From assembly GCF_009914755.1 (NCBI RefSeq), contig NC_060926.1: 64,000 bases of DNA; one strand, given 5' to 3'. Below, in pieces: positions 13,556 through 29,055 of this stretch. Source of the DNA: the human T2T-CHM13v2.0 reference genome, Homo sapiens. How positions within the stretch are numbered: position 1 is the first letter of the stretch; every line of letters begins with the position of its first letter. A program made the translations under genes and the position numbers. The notes beneath the pieces were generated by a model. It was not told the DNA's origin, did no database searches, and worked only from the letters and a program-made list of their open reading frames with translations.

Positions 13556-14419
13556 TGAAGGTGCTTTTCCACGGGACCTTGGGTGGTCCCAGAGGCTGGG
13601 TGGGGCTGTTGGGCCTCGTCTTGTCCCCGAGACGGGAGGGTGGGGCTGGGTGCTCCTTCTCCCGCCGGAGCCCCTGCCTCGCCATGCTGGGCACACGGCT
13701 GCTGACGCAGGGGTCCCGGGGAAGACATGGCGGGTGCCTCATGGAGAGTTTGGTTTCCCTCACTCGGCTCCTTGGGCCAGCGCTGCCCTTGGACACAGGC
13801 TCATCTCCTGCTTCCATGGCACTGCCGTGGTCTCGCAGCCATCAGTGCTGACAGGTGGGCCCTGGGGCGTGCCGGAGCCTGTGGTCACCATCCGGCCCTG
13901 TGTTGCACACAGCGGGGTGCTCGGCCCTGATCGGGGGCCCGGGGTGGCTGTGGGTCACAAGTGAGCCTCACAGGCCGTCATCACGGTTGTGGTGCCGTCA
14001 GCGCAGCAGGGCGGGCGCCATGCGCTTCTCCAACTGGCAAGGCATCCACAGCTCGGCCGGGTGCCAGCTGGGAGGGGCGCGGGGCAGCTCCACATCCTCG
14101 CAGATGCCCGGCCTGACAGGCCCCCAGGCTGCTGGCTGGTCCGTCCCTCTGTGGAGACACCCTGGGCAAAGGGGGAGTCGTCCTGCCCTTTGACACAGCT
14201 CCTCAGTGCCTGAGACCCCTGGGGCCAGGTGTGTGCAGAATCCCAGCTTTTTCAGAAGCTGGGAAAGTAATAACCCGTGTTGGGGTCTGAGAAGTGCTGG
14301 GAAGCACATCACTGTTCCCACAGCCAGGTGGAGATGGCTCTGAGCGGCTCCCAGCTGGCGGGAGAGAACTGAGGACGGCTGCCCCAACATGCAGCCCCAG
14401 CGCCCGTGGCTTTGGCTCC

Positions 14420-14560
14420 TCAGTCCCATTTAAATAAAGTCAGCAGTTCAGTTCCTCCAGCACGAACGTGTCCACGGGCTCTGTGGCCAGTGTGGTTGGA
14501 GGCTGCAGGCAGGGCAGTGTGGCTATAGAACATTCTGTCATCCAGAAACTTCCACTGCCT
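14420..14560. mobile_element. Diverged MER3/MER33-like DNA transposon fragment
   Basis: TTCAGTTCCTC...TATAGAACATTCTGTCATCCAGAAACTTCCACTG resembles the remembered MER3 terminus. Confidence 0.4.
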
Positions 14561-15183
14561 GGAACTGAATCACAGCCTCTCACTCATGCAGGGTTCCCTG
14601 AAGCTCACAGCTGCTTGTGTGGCTAGCAAATGGTCACCGGTCTGATGACCGCCATGGACAAGCCAATCCCTCCCAGTGCTCTCCCCAAATCTCTCCTCGC
14701 CTGGTGACGCCCAGCAGGGCTGCCTGGGCCATGACCGCAGGCCTCCGTGACATCCTTCCCCTCAGCTGGCAGGCGACCTCCTGGATCGCCTCCTCTCAGT
14801 CAGGACAGGGACCCCCACTTGCTGAGCCCCCAGGGACAGCCCCCACATGCATGCTTTTCCCCTCCTAAGTGTGTCGGCAGGCCTGCCTCTTCCTGTGTTA
14901 ACCCCAACTCACAAAACACCAGCAGAGCCACGCAGGTGGCAGGCTGCCGACGCCTCACGGAGGCCAGGCTGGAGCGGGTTTTGTTGAAAAACTGCTGAGA
15001 GGAGGTTTGCTTTGCTTCTCAGTGCTCCACATGAGGGGGCTGCGGGCTAGTGCGCATGGGCCTGCTTTTGCCTGTGTGTGGCCGAGGGGCTGGTGGTTTC
15101 AGAGCCTCGGCACAGGCAGGAGCAGGTGCTAGGCTGCCTTGGCCGCGGCCCTGGGTGGCTGGGGGGTGAGGTTTGAGGTTTGA

Positions 15184-16875
<1,692 letters not shown>

Positions 16876-16894
16876 CGCCCCGAAGTTCAGGCAA

Positions 16895-17308
16895 CCCTCG
16901 CCTCTGGGACCCCGCCTCGCCTCTGAGACACCCCCCAACCCCGCCTTTGAGATGCCCGCCCCGCCTCCGAGACCCCGCCTCCACCTCCGAGACCCCTTTC
17001 TCTGAGACCCCCGCCTCTGAGGCCCCGCCCCCCGCCTCCGAGACCCCGCCCTGCCTCTGAGACCCCGCCTCACCTCTGAGACACCCCCCAACCCCACCTT
17101 TGAGATGCCCGCCCCGCCTCCGTGGCCCTGCCTCCACCTCCGAGACCCCGCCTCCACCTCCGAGACCCCTTTCTCTGAGACCCCTGCCTCTGAAGCCCCG
17201 CCCCCCGCCTCCGAGACCCCGCCTCACCTCCGAGGCCCCGCCCCCCGCCTCCGAGACCCCGCCCCCCGCCTCCGAGACCCCGCCTCACCTCTGAGACCCC
17301 GCCCCCGC
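16895..17308. repeat. C-rich minisatellite in RTP5 3' UTR (GAGACCCCGCCTCC variants)
   Basis: Repeated (CT/CC)GAGACCCCGCC units, including a duplicated block starting near 16921 and 17075. Confidence 0.9.
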
Positions 17309-17404
17309 CAGCAGCTCAGCCCCTCCTGTCTCTTGCCCCTGGTTTTGTGGGTCTGCCCTGAGCTGTGCCTGTGTGCTCCAGCCTCTTCCTATGTGTGTAA
17401 CTTC

Positions 17405-17410
17405 AATAAA
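17405..17410 (+). terminator. RTP5: RTP5 polyadenylation signal
   Basis: AATAAA about 530 nt after the stop, preceded by TGTA. Confidence 0.8.
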
Positions 17411-18399
17411 ACCAAGCAAAGCCAGCCACGCAGCCCTCCACCTAGGGGAGGTTTCCAGGTGAGAGAAACCTGGGCCGGTCCTTCTGTCCCTCCACCCTGC
17501 AGGGGCCCCTCACGCCCACCGCTTCTTCCCCTGGGGAGAGCTCCCTCTTGGGGATTCCGAATTCCTGGCCATGTGTGGCTCCTGGGATAGGAGAGGAAGC
17601 TTTGGCTCCGGCTCCGTGTCAGGTGCAAATTAACCTCCCTCCTGTGTGGACCCAGGGGTCTTGTGGAAGAGGCCACTTACCTCTCTCCAGGAAAGACTCA
17701 AGCCCCCACTGAGACTGGCTTGTCACGCCCTCCCTCTTCCCTCCAGCCTCAGTGTAGCCTCTGGAGGGATCTTGGCACCTCTCATCCAGAGGGTGGGAGG
17801 CCACGGTGGGGCTCTGAGCTTGTCTGGGTTTGAGAAATTCTATCCATTGCAGATGACAGAAAACTCTCCTGTTACTCAAAGCCACACACTGGATTTTCAT
17901 TTTAAAAGAGTCCAGTTTCCATTTCCTAGGGGCGGGGGTGTTGGGATTCCCGGCTGTCCCAGCCAGGTGGGGGCCTGACAGTGGCAGTGTCTGGGTCCGA
18001 CTGTCCGGCCTCTCAGGCAGGGTCAGCCCTGAGGGTCCTGGAAGGTTGGGAACTGCCTGGGGAGACCCTGGGGTCTGTGACTGGGGAAGCCCTGCCCTGT
18101 AGAAAGGGGAAACCGCGTCCAGGGCCCCTGGTGGGGAGGGGGGCCAGCCCAGAGATTCTGCCTGCCAGGCTGGCCTGGACCCCTGGGGTGTGCGGGGGAG
18201 AAGTGGCAGGGGGGGCGTTCTCCCACACAGCTGTGGTGGGCTCGGATGCAGGTGGTGCGGGGGCTTCAAGGGGAAGCAGCAGAACCTCTTGTCCCAACCC
18301 GGCACCCTCTGCTTACCGGGCACCGATGGAGACCCCAGCGGCCCCAGGAGGCTCCACCCTGCACAGAGGCTGGAGACAGCAGCCAGCCTGCGGGTGACA

Positions 18400-19048
18400 C
18401 GGATGAGGGTCCAGGAGAAACCCCAATCCAGGTCTCAGGGCCCAATTGCAGGGACAGGGGTCCCAGGAGAAACCCCAATCCAGGGCCTCGGGGGCCAACT
18501 GCAGGGACAGGGGTCCCAGGAGAAACCCCAATCCAGGTCTCAGGGGCCGAAATGCAGGGACGGGGGTCCTAGGAGAAACCCCAATCCAGGTCTCAGGGGC
18601 CAAAATGCAGGGACGGGGGTCCCAGGAGAAACCCCAATCCAGGTCTCAGGGGCCGAAATGCAGGGACGGGGGTCCCAGGAGAAACCCCAATCCAGGTCTC
18701 AGGGCCCAACTGCAGGGACGAGGGTCCCAGGAGAAACCCCAATCCAGGGCCTCGGGGGCCAACTGCAGGGACAGGGGTCCCAGGAGAAACCCCAATCCAG
18801 GTCTCAGGGGCCAAAATGCAGGGACGGGGGTCCCAGGAGAAACCCCAATCCAGGTCTCAGGGCCCAACTGCAGGGACGAGGGTCCCAGGGGAAACCCCAA
18901 TCCAGGGCCTCGGGGGCCAACTGCAGGGACAAAGGTCCAGGAAAAACCAGAATCCAGGCCTCGGGGGCCCAACTGCAGGGATGAGGGTCCAGGAGAAACC
19001 AGAATCCAGGCCTCGGGGGCCCAACTGCAGGGACGAGGGTCCCAGGGG
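18400..19048. repeat. 52-53 bp VNTR, left part
   Basis: Unit CCAGGAGAAACCCCAATCCAGGTCTCAGGGGCCAACTGCAGGGACGAGGGTC; units start at 18411, 18463 and onward; about 12 copies. Confidence 0.95.
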
Positions 19049-20060
19049 TGCAGGTACCAGCCCCACAGGGTCGGTGGGCTTCTCCCTGTGTGTGGCGACG
19101 AGAAAGTGTAGAAATAAAGACACAAGACAAAGAGATAAAAGAAAAGAGAGCTGGGCCCTGCGGACCACTACCACCAATGCGCGGAGACCGGTCGTGGCCC
19201 CGAATGAATGTCTGGCTGTGCTGTTATTTATTGGATACAAGGCAAAAGGGGCAGGGTAAAGAGTGTGAGTCATCTCCAATGATAGGTAAGGTCATGTGGG
19301 TCATGTGTCCACTGGACAGGGGGCCCTTCCCTGCCTGGCAGCCGAGGCAGAGAGAGAGAGGAGACAAAGAGAAAGACAGCTCACACCATTATTTCTGCAT
19401 ATCAGAGACTTTTAGTACTTTCCCCAATTTGACTACTGCTATCTAGAAGGCAGAGTCAGGTGTACAGGTTGGAACATGAAGGCGGACTAGGAGCGTGACC
19501 ACTGAAGCACAGCATCACAGGGAGACGGTCAGGCCTCCGGATAACTGCGGGCGAGCCTGACTGATGTCAGGTCCTCCACTAGAGGTGGAGGAGCAGAGTC
19601 TTCTCTAAACTCCCCCGGGGAAAGGGAGACTCCCTTTTCCGGTCTGCTAAGTAGCGGGTGTTGTTCCTTGACACTTTTCGCTACCGCTAGACCACGGTCC
19701 GCTTGGCAACGGGTGTCTTCCCAGACACTGGCGTTACCGCTAGACCAAGGAGCCCTCTGGTGGCCCTGTCCGGGCATAACAGAAGGCTCGCACTCTTGTC
19801 TTCTGGTCACTCCTCACTATGTCCCCTCAGCTCCTATCTCTGTATGGCCTGGTTTTTCCTAGGTTATGATTGTAGAGCGAGGATTATTATAATATTGGAA
19901 TAAAGAGTAATTACTAGCAACTAATGATTAATGATATTCATATATAATCATATCTAAGATCTATATCTGGTATAACTATTCTTGTTTTATATTTTATTAT
20001 ACTGGAACAGCTCGTGTCCTCGGTGTCTTGCCTCGGTGCCTGGGTGGCTTGCTGCCCACA
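19049..20060 (-). mobile_element. Solo ERVK LTR (LTR13 family)
   Basis: Minus strand begins TGTGGGCAGCAAGCCACCCAGGCACCGAGGCAAGACACCGAGGACACGAGCTGTTCCAGTATAATAAAATATAAAAC and ends GTGGGGCTGGTACCTGCA; 1012 bp; 6-bp TSD CAGGGG at 19043-19048 and 20061-20066. Confidence 0.88.
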
Positions 20061-20530
20061 CAGGGGAAACCTGAATCCAGGTCTCAGGGGCCAACTGCAG
20101 GGACGAGGGTCCCAGGAGAAACCCCAATCCAGGGCCTCAGGGGCCCAACTGCAGGGACGAGGATCCCAGGGGAAACCCCAATCCAGGTCTCAGGGGCCCA
20201 ATGGCAGGGACGAGAATCCCAGGAGAAACCTCAGTCCAGGTCTCAGGGGCCCAACTGCAGGGACGAGGGTCCCAGGGGAAACCCCAATCCAGGTCTCGGG
20301 CCCAACGGCAGGGACGAGGATCCCAGGAGAAACCTCAATCCAGGTCTCAGGGGCCCAACTGCAGGGACGAGGGTCCCAGGAGAAACTGGAATCCAGGGTC
20401 CCAGGGGCCGAAATGCAGGGACGGGGGTCCCAGGAGAAACCCCAATCCAGGGCCTCAGGGGCCAACTGCAGGGACGAGGGTCCCAGGAGAAACTGGAGTC
20501 CAGGGCCCCGGGGGCGCAACTGCAGGGTGG
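20061..20530. repeat. 52-53 bp VNTR, right part
   Basis: The same unit resumes mid-repeat (CAGGGGAAACC...) right after the LTR; about 9 copies. Confidence 0.95.
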
Positions 20531-21439
20531 CAGGAGCCCCACACGCCGACTCAGAGGGCCCAAGCCTGCCTCGTCCTGGGATGGGTTTGGGGAATCTGCT
20601 TTCCTCTAGTGGGGCAGGGGCTCTGGGGGCCTCCTGGGTGGGCAGCCTGGCCGCCTCAGGCTGACAGCAGGTGCCCCTCCCCACCCCTTCTGCCCAGCAC
20701 TATGGGGCGGTGGTCTCAGGCGCTGTGGGTGGGGGAATCACAGGAACACCTGAGGCCCCAGGCAGGGGGCACAAGGCCCTGACCTTGCCCTTCTCCCATC
20801 GCCTGCCAGGCCACCTCTGGCTGGGAGCTTGCTGGGGCCCAGAGGGTGGGTGAGTTCTGGGGCCCAGGGCAGGGAGGTCGCAGGGAGGCTCTGTGTTCTG
20901 GATCCACGCCCCTGCCCTCAGTGCCACCCACCCCAGGAGCCTGTGCACAGGTGTCCCTATATGAGCACAAGAGGGGCCACCCTGCAGTGACCTCGCTTGG
21001 TCGCATGGCTACTAAAATGTGGCCACCGAAGAGGAAGAAGGGAAGGCTGGCACCGTCGCTACAACCCACCCAGCTCAGACTTCAGGATGGCTCCCAGCCC
21101 ACCCCTGCCATCGGGCAGCTCCCAGCATCTGACCCTGTCAGGACACAGGACACGACTGTCACCTGGGACCCCCTTCCCTGCAGGCCGTGGGGGCAGCCTC
21201 AGGAACGGTGGGAGACCCCCACCTCTCCCAAGGGGCTTCCTTTTGTCTGCCTCAGGGCTGCCCAGACACTCCTGCCCTCGGGGTCCTTCCGCACCCTGCC
21301 AGGGGGCCCTGAAGTTTGCAGGTTCCCGCCCACCCTGGAAGAACACCCTCAGGGCTTCCAAAGGCACCCGGGATCCCCCAGCTCCCCGGCCACCGCTCAG
21401 CTCCCTGGCCACCGCTCAGCTCCCTGGCCTGCTTGACCT

Positions 21440-22240
21440 CAACTGCCCCCTACCCCCCTCCCCGACCTCCCCAGGGCCCCTACCCCGCCCTTCGCCCCCC
21501 ACCCCCCATGCTCCTCACTCCCCACCCCCTTCCCACCCCCTTCCTGGTCCTTCTTTCCTACCCCTCCCCCGACCCTCCTTTCTCGGTCCTCCCAGCCCCC
21601 TCCCCGTCCCTCTCCCCTCCTCGTGTACCTGTCCAGCGCCCCTCTTTCTCTCTTCCCCTCCCCTCCCCTTCCTCTTTCCCCCTTCCCCCTTCCGGCCCCC
21701 CCAACCTGTCCCTCTCTCTGCTCCCCTCCCTCTCCTGGCCGCCCCCCAACCCCATCCCTCTCCTCGCTCCCCTCCCTCTCCTGGCCGCCCCCCAACCCCA
21801 TCCCTCTCCTCGCTCCCCTCCCTCTCCCGGCCCCCCCACCCCCATCCCTCTCCTCGCTCCCCTCCCTCTCCCGGCCCCCCCACCCCTTCCCTCTCTCCTC
21901 GCTCCCCTCCCTCTCCCGGCCCCCCCACCCCATCCCTCTCCTCGCTCCCCTCCCTCTCCTGGCCGTCCCCCACCCCCATCCCTCTCCTCGCTCCCCTCCC
22001 TCTCCTGGCCGCCCCCCCCACCCCATCCCTCTCCTCGCTCCCCTCCCTCTCCTGGCCGCCCCCCAACCCCATCCCTCTCCTCGCTCCCCTCCCTCTCCCG
22101 GCCCCCCCACCCCCATCCCTCTCCTCCCTCCCCTCCCTCTCCTGGCCGCCCCCCCTACCCCTTCCCTCTCTCCTCGCTCCCCTCCCTCTCCCGGCCCCCC
22201 CACCCCATCCCTCTCCTCGCTCCCCTCCCTCTCCCGGCCC
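21440..22240. repeat. Pyrimidine-rich tract and about 45-bp VNTR (CCCCATCCCTCTCCTCGCTCCCCTCCCTCTCC[T/C]GGCC...)
   Basis: Irregular C/T tract to about 21715, then about 11 tandem copies. Confidence 0.93.
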
Positions 22241-22639
22241 ACTCCGCGCTGTCCTGCGGCGCCCCCGTGTGGCCGCTGTGGGGGAAGAGCAGACCTTGTT
22301 GTCGAGGGAGGCCTGGGAGGGCGTGGATCTCTGGGGCCGCTCCCTTGCCCTCATTGCTGTTGAACTGCTTCTCGGCTTAATCAGATGAGTTGTTAAAACT
22401 ACCCATCATCAGCATTGTTACCATTGGTTTCATTAGTAATTGTATTTATTTAATTAATTGTTACATTCACTAGTAAAAATGGGAGCTAAGGCAATGCGTG
22501 CACTCACCGCTGTGAAGGCAAATGCGGTACTGTGAGTGCTGAATGCACCGCCATGGTCGCGGGAAAGCCCAGGCACAGACACTAGCTCAAAAGCCAAGGG
22601 TAGGCCTGGGGTTCACATGCCAAGCAGCAAGCTGAACTC

Positions 22640-23115
22640 TCACCCTGAGCCCACACCTGAGCCCTCATCTGAGGCTGCACCTGAGCCCACACCTGAGCCC
22701 TCATCTGAGGCTGCACCTGAGCCCACACCTGAGCCCTCATCTGAGGTTGCACCTGAGCCCTCCCCTGAGCTCTCGTCTGAGGCTGCACCTGAGCCCACAC
22801 CTGAGCTCTCGTCTGAGGCTGCACCTGAGCCCACACCTGAGCTCTCGTCTGAGGCTGCACCTGAGCCCACACCTGAGCTCTCGTCTGAGGCTGCACCTGA
22901 TCCCACACCTGAGCTCTCGTCTGAGGCTGCACCTGAGCCCACACCTGAGCTCTCATCTGAGGTTGCACCTGGGCCCACACTGGAACTTTAACCTGAGCTT
23001 ACACCTGAGGCTGCACCTAAGCCCTCACCTGAGACTACACCTGAGGCTGCACCTGGGCCCACACCTGAATCCACACTGGAACTTTAACCTGAGCCTACAT
23101 CTGAGCTCTTGCCTG
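22640..23115. repeat. 36-bp tandem repeat made of three 12-bp subunits
   Basis: CACCTGAGCCCA-CACCTGAGCCCT-CATCTGAGGCTG, about 9 good copies, then decaying 12-mers. Confidence 0.93.
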
Positions 23116-25479
23116 AGTCTCTTATATGGTTGGAGTGGCCAGGTTGGGCCTAATTAAATATGAGGTAGCAGTAACGACTTTAGGCAACTGAGTTATTAGT
23201 AGAGATATTTAATATCAAAGTCAAAGAAGATGAAGGGCAGACACATTTTTAATGTAATTGCTATTAGTTCAGCCAAAGTTGAGGGGACTCAAAGTGTGAA
23301 TACTTTTCTGACTTAAGGTACATTTCCTAGTGATGGGGGTCAGCTCATCCAGGGTCACATGTGGTTCCCGCTGAAACCAAGTCCACCCAGAGCATGTGAG
23401 GCTGAGCACAGGCTTGGGGTTCCCTGGGAGGGTCTGGCGAGAACTCTGACAGCAGCTCCCATCACTCTGTGGTGGATAAAGCGAATGCCTCTCTAAGTGT
23501 CTGGGGGTGGGGTAGGGTCTGTGCTGATTTATGTAGCTACCTGTTGCAGGGTTGGGTTAGGATCAGGTTGGTTACCCTGGACCCTGGGTATTCAGGTGGA
23601 CAGGCGGGCCTTGGCCTTGGACAATGGCTAGCTAGGGTGGGCTAGAGCTGCTTCACCCGCAGCTTTGGCGAGGGGAGCGGGAGGCCAGGGAAGTCCCCAG
23701 GAGGAGTGGCCACGCTGTGATCCGGGCCCCGGGCTGGCTGGTAGGAGGAGGGTCACACCACCTGGGCCTCAGTGAGGTCCTAGCTGGAGCAGAGGTTCGG
23801 GGATCTCCTTCCCTTTCCTTCTGGGGCCTGGGACTTTGTACCTCTGTACAGGAGAGGCAGCAGAGGGCTGGGGTCCTGGCGATGCCTCCACTCTGCCTCC
23901 CAGCCTTTGGGGAATGTCTCCACCTGTTATGGCAAGTGTCCCTGTTTGCCTGGGACTTTGGGGGCTAAATTGGAGGCCTTTCTCTTTTTCCCCAAGTTCT
24001 CCAGCACACTTAGAAGCATCCGCCCACCCAGCTACACCCCTAAATTTTTCCCTTGATGCCCAGGGCCAGGCATCCTATGGCCATTTGATTACAGATGTCT
24101 GCAGGTGGCAATCTGAGTGCCTGTATGCTACTCCTGTGGGCAGCTAGCACCCTGGTACCCCTGGGAACAGAGCGTGAATGCCTTTAAAGCTAGTTGGAGC
24201 AGAGAACCAATTCCAGACACCCAGAGACATTTAGATAACTCATTACTAGGGTCCTGGCCCTGGGATCACTCCCAGGACTAGTTCTGTGTCTGTCCAGGTG
24301 TGATCCAGGAGTGCAGTGACGGATGTGGATGTGGGATTGGCACAGGACTTCCGCCAGCAGAAGAAAGGAAGGGAGGGGAGGGGAAGAGAGGGCAGGGGAG
24401 CAGAGCGGAGGAGAGAGGGGAGCAGTCTTTCCAGCTGGGGCTGGCCTAGGCTGCTGGGTCATTTGGGAAGAAAAGGTGATTTGGACTCAGGGAGACTGAG
24501 GGTGCCCTCGGGCCAGCATCTGAGGAGAGTGACAGGGGTTTCCTGGCTCCACAGCCCCAGGTGGCCTTGGTGGGTGCAGGCAGAAAATGACCTTTTCAAG
24601 TCCAGTTCCAACCCAGAGGGGGTTCCTAGACCCAGCGCCAATCAAGGGGCACCAGGGAGGCAGCAGAGGTTCCCGCAAATCCAGAGCAGAGTGGCTGCCA
24701 GACACCCCACATCCTCTTCGCAGCAGACTGAAGGCCACCCCACACTTGGAGGAGCCCGGGTGAAGCATCTGGGGAAGACCCTCAGCCCGGGGAGAGTCCC
24801 TCCAGGGATGAGCAGGTGGGCTGCCCCTCAGGGTGCGGCTCATTTCGATGTAAGTTTTATAAAATAAGAAAAGGCGCCCTATAGCACCCCTTTGGGAGCC
24901 TCGTGTCACCCCCAAACATATACCTCGCTTCCAGGTCAGAAGTAGTGAAATGACCATTGCCAATGCAAATGGAACTGCCTTAGGACACATGGGGGAGGTT
25001 ACGGCCTGCTGTGGGGCCTTATGGTGGGCCCCGAGGGGCCCCGCACACCTGTGCCCACCTCCCAGGTCATCGCTGGGCCGCCTCTGTCCCCTGGGAGGCT
25101 CTGCCTCGGGGAGCCCTCTTCCCAAGCTCCCAGCAATGACTTCCAGGCCTCCCTCAGCATCAAGAGGAGCCACGTCTTCTTCTTGTGACCCAGCAGTATA
25201 ATTCACCCTAAATAATGGCAGAATGGGTTGTGTGTAGTCTTTAAAAGTCAAAACAATTTTGCACACAACAGGAGTCATTCAGCAGTGGCTAACACTCTCC
25301 TGACCTGTGTCGGCGCTGGGCTCCAAGGTGTACCTCCGCACGCATGGGGTTAACTACGCCCCCATGACCATTCCCTGCAGGAGGGGCGGGACAGAGGACT
25401 GCGTTATGTTTCTCCTAAAAGAAAATCATGAAAGTCACACACTCCAGGTGCCACACTTATTATGGAGGGAGGGAAAGCA

Positions 25480-25779
25480 GATGAGCGGGCGGGAAAACTA
25501 GCGGGCTTGCCACGCCCAGGCAGCGCTGCTCGGGTTTCCGCTTCCTCCGCCCCTTCCTTTTTCTCTGTGCATCCTCAGTGACGCGGGGCACAGCTCTGCC
25601 CGGGGGCCTACCAGAGCCCACCTGGACCCCACACTGGGTCAGCCCTGGTGCGGAGGAGGCCGCTGTAGGTGGGCACGGGGCAGCACGCGTTAAGGGGCTG
25701 GACGGGGGGTGGCCATGCGTGTGAGGGCGCTGAGCAGGGGCGTGCCCATACGTGTGAGGGGGCTGGGTAGGGGCGTGGC

Positions 25780-25829
<50 letters not shown>

Positions 25830-26110
25830 GCTGGACAGGGGTGTGGCCACGCGCGAGGGGGCCGTGCAGGGGGCGTGGCCACGAGCGAGGAGACTAAGGG
25901 GCGTGGTCACGCGTGTGAGGGGCTGGGCTAGAGGAGTGGCCCTGTGTGCGGGGGCTGGACGGGGGCGTGGTCATGTGCGAGGAGGCTGAACAGGGGGCGT
26001 GACCACGTGTGGAAGGGGGCTGATCGGAGGTGTGGTCACATGTAAGGGGGCTGGGCAGGGGGTGTGGCCACGTGTGAGGGGGGGCTGGGCCGGGGCGTGG
26101 CCACACGTGT
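25480..26110 (+). promoter_or_regulatory. CpG-rich promoter with repeated GC boxes/E-boxes, probable lncRNA promoter
   Basis: Multiple GGGGCGTGG motifs, CACGTG sites near 26004, 26069 and 26105, CpG enrichment, embedded (TG)n. Confidence 0.65.
25785..25827. repeat. (TG)~21 microsatellite
   Basis: Perfect TG run. Confidence 0.97.
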
Positions 26111-26823
26111 GCTGGCTCTGCTGTGGGCTTCCTTCCCTTCCTGTGCAGGTGGTGGTGCCCTCTGCGCCTTCACTGGGGCCCAGCCAAGTAACTGAATCCA
26201 GCCAGGAGCAAGGGCAGACGCTGGCACAGGTCCTGCCACTGTCCCCAACCTGGGTTTCAACACAGCTGAGGCCTGGCATAGTCTTTCTGGGCGCCTCTGG
26301 CTGGCTCGGTCTGAAAGGTGGGACAGATGCAACTGGGGCCTCCCCGGGTGCAGCGTGGGTGGCTCCTGGCTGGGGAAGTGAGAAGCCCTCCGTGCGGTGT
26401 CTCTGAAGCAGCCCCAGGCCAAGGCTGTGGCGTGCTTGGTGGTGCTGTAGGCCCAAGATGTTTATGGGTCGAGGGTCCCCGGGGCCGGGATTCTGATCCC
26501 TGGTGAGAAGTGGGTGGGAGGAAGTCCAGACGTGTCCTGAGTGGCCATTCCTCACACTGAGGTGACACCGCCTCTCCAAACACGTGACGTGGCTGGAAGC
26601 AGATGCTGCTGTCCGGTTCTCCCTCCTCTCCGTCCCTGGCTGGGACATGTGGATCTCACCCGCAGCCACTTTCTTCTGGCCTCTGTCCCCCTGCCTGGGA
26701 CACGTGGACCTCACCCCCAGTCTCCTTCTCTCCTCTGCCCCCCGCAGGCGCGGCCAGGTCACAGTCGGCACCAGAAGTTTGGCAGATCTCAGTGAGGCGT
26801 TAGTTTGCATTTCCTTGTGACGG
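26110..26823 (+). ncRNA. LINC01237: Probable 5' exon region of lncRNA LINC01237 (boundaries uncertain)
   Basis: Follows the CpG promoter and ends at a strong donor CGG|GTGAGT at 26824. The name comes from the remembered gene order PDCD1-RTP5-LINC01237/FAM240C, not from a sequence match. Confidence 0.4.
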
Positions 26824-26839
26824 GTGAGTTGAACACCCT

Positions 26840-28442
<1,603 letters not shown>

Positions 28443-28499
28443 TGATCCTCACTCTTGTGCCTACCACAATGCTGGGACCACTCCTGGACCACTGTGGAT

Positions 28500-29040
28500 C
28501 TTTTTCTATCCTTTAGACACCCAACCTGTCTTTGTATCTTACGTGGGTGTCTGTAGATGGAGTTGGGTCTTGGTGACAATCCCTGCTTTGCACATGGAGT
28601 TTCTCCATTTGCAATTCCAGTAATGATTGATGAGGTTGCTATAGATCCCCCATCTTGCTACTTGTTTTCTAAGTGTCTTATCTTGTCATTTGTTTTTTAT
28701 TTGTCATTTTTTTGTTCCTTTGTTCCTCCATTCCTGCCTTTTTTGGGTTAATTGAAATTTTTTAGTACTTCGTTTTACACCTCTGTTGGTCTTTTAGCTG
28801 TGCCTCTTGGTATTACCATTTTTAGTAGTTACCCTAAAGACAACAAAATGAATCCTTAATTTATCAGCCTATTCACCTCACACAAAATGTGGGAAACTTG
28901 TAACGGTGTAATTCCTCTAACCCTGTTCTTCCTGTTACAGTTGCCATATGTTTAACCTCTACCTACATTACAAACTCCGTAACACAATGCTACTTTTGCT
29001 TTAGACAATCTTTTGAATAAATTAAAGTTAACTTTTTAAG
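28500..29040 (-). mobile_element. Old LINE-1 fragments
   Basis: AT-rich, L1-like continuation after the Alu cluster. Confidence 0.5.
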
Positions 29041-29055
29041 AAATTAACTGTCAGT

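Noticed and set aside
20997-22388. Pro/Ser-rich and Gly/Arg-rich ORFs of 250-460 aa
   Set aside because: Products of the pyrimidine-rich VNTR.
18400-23115. CRISPR-like appearance of the 36-53 bp repeats
   Set aside because: No unique spacers and no cas genes; eukaryotic tandem repeats.
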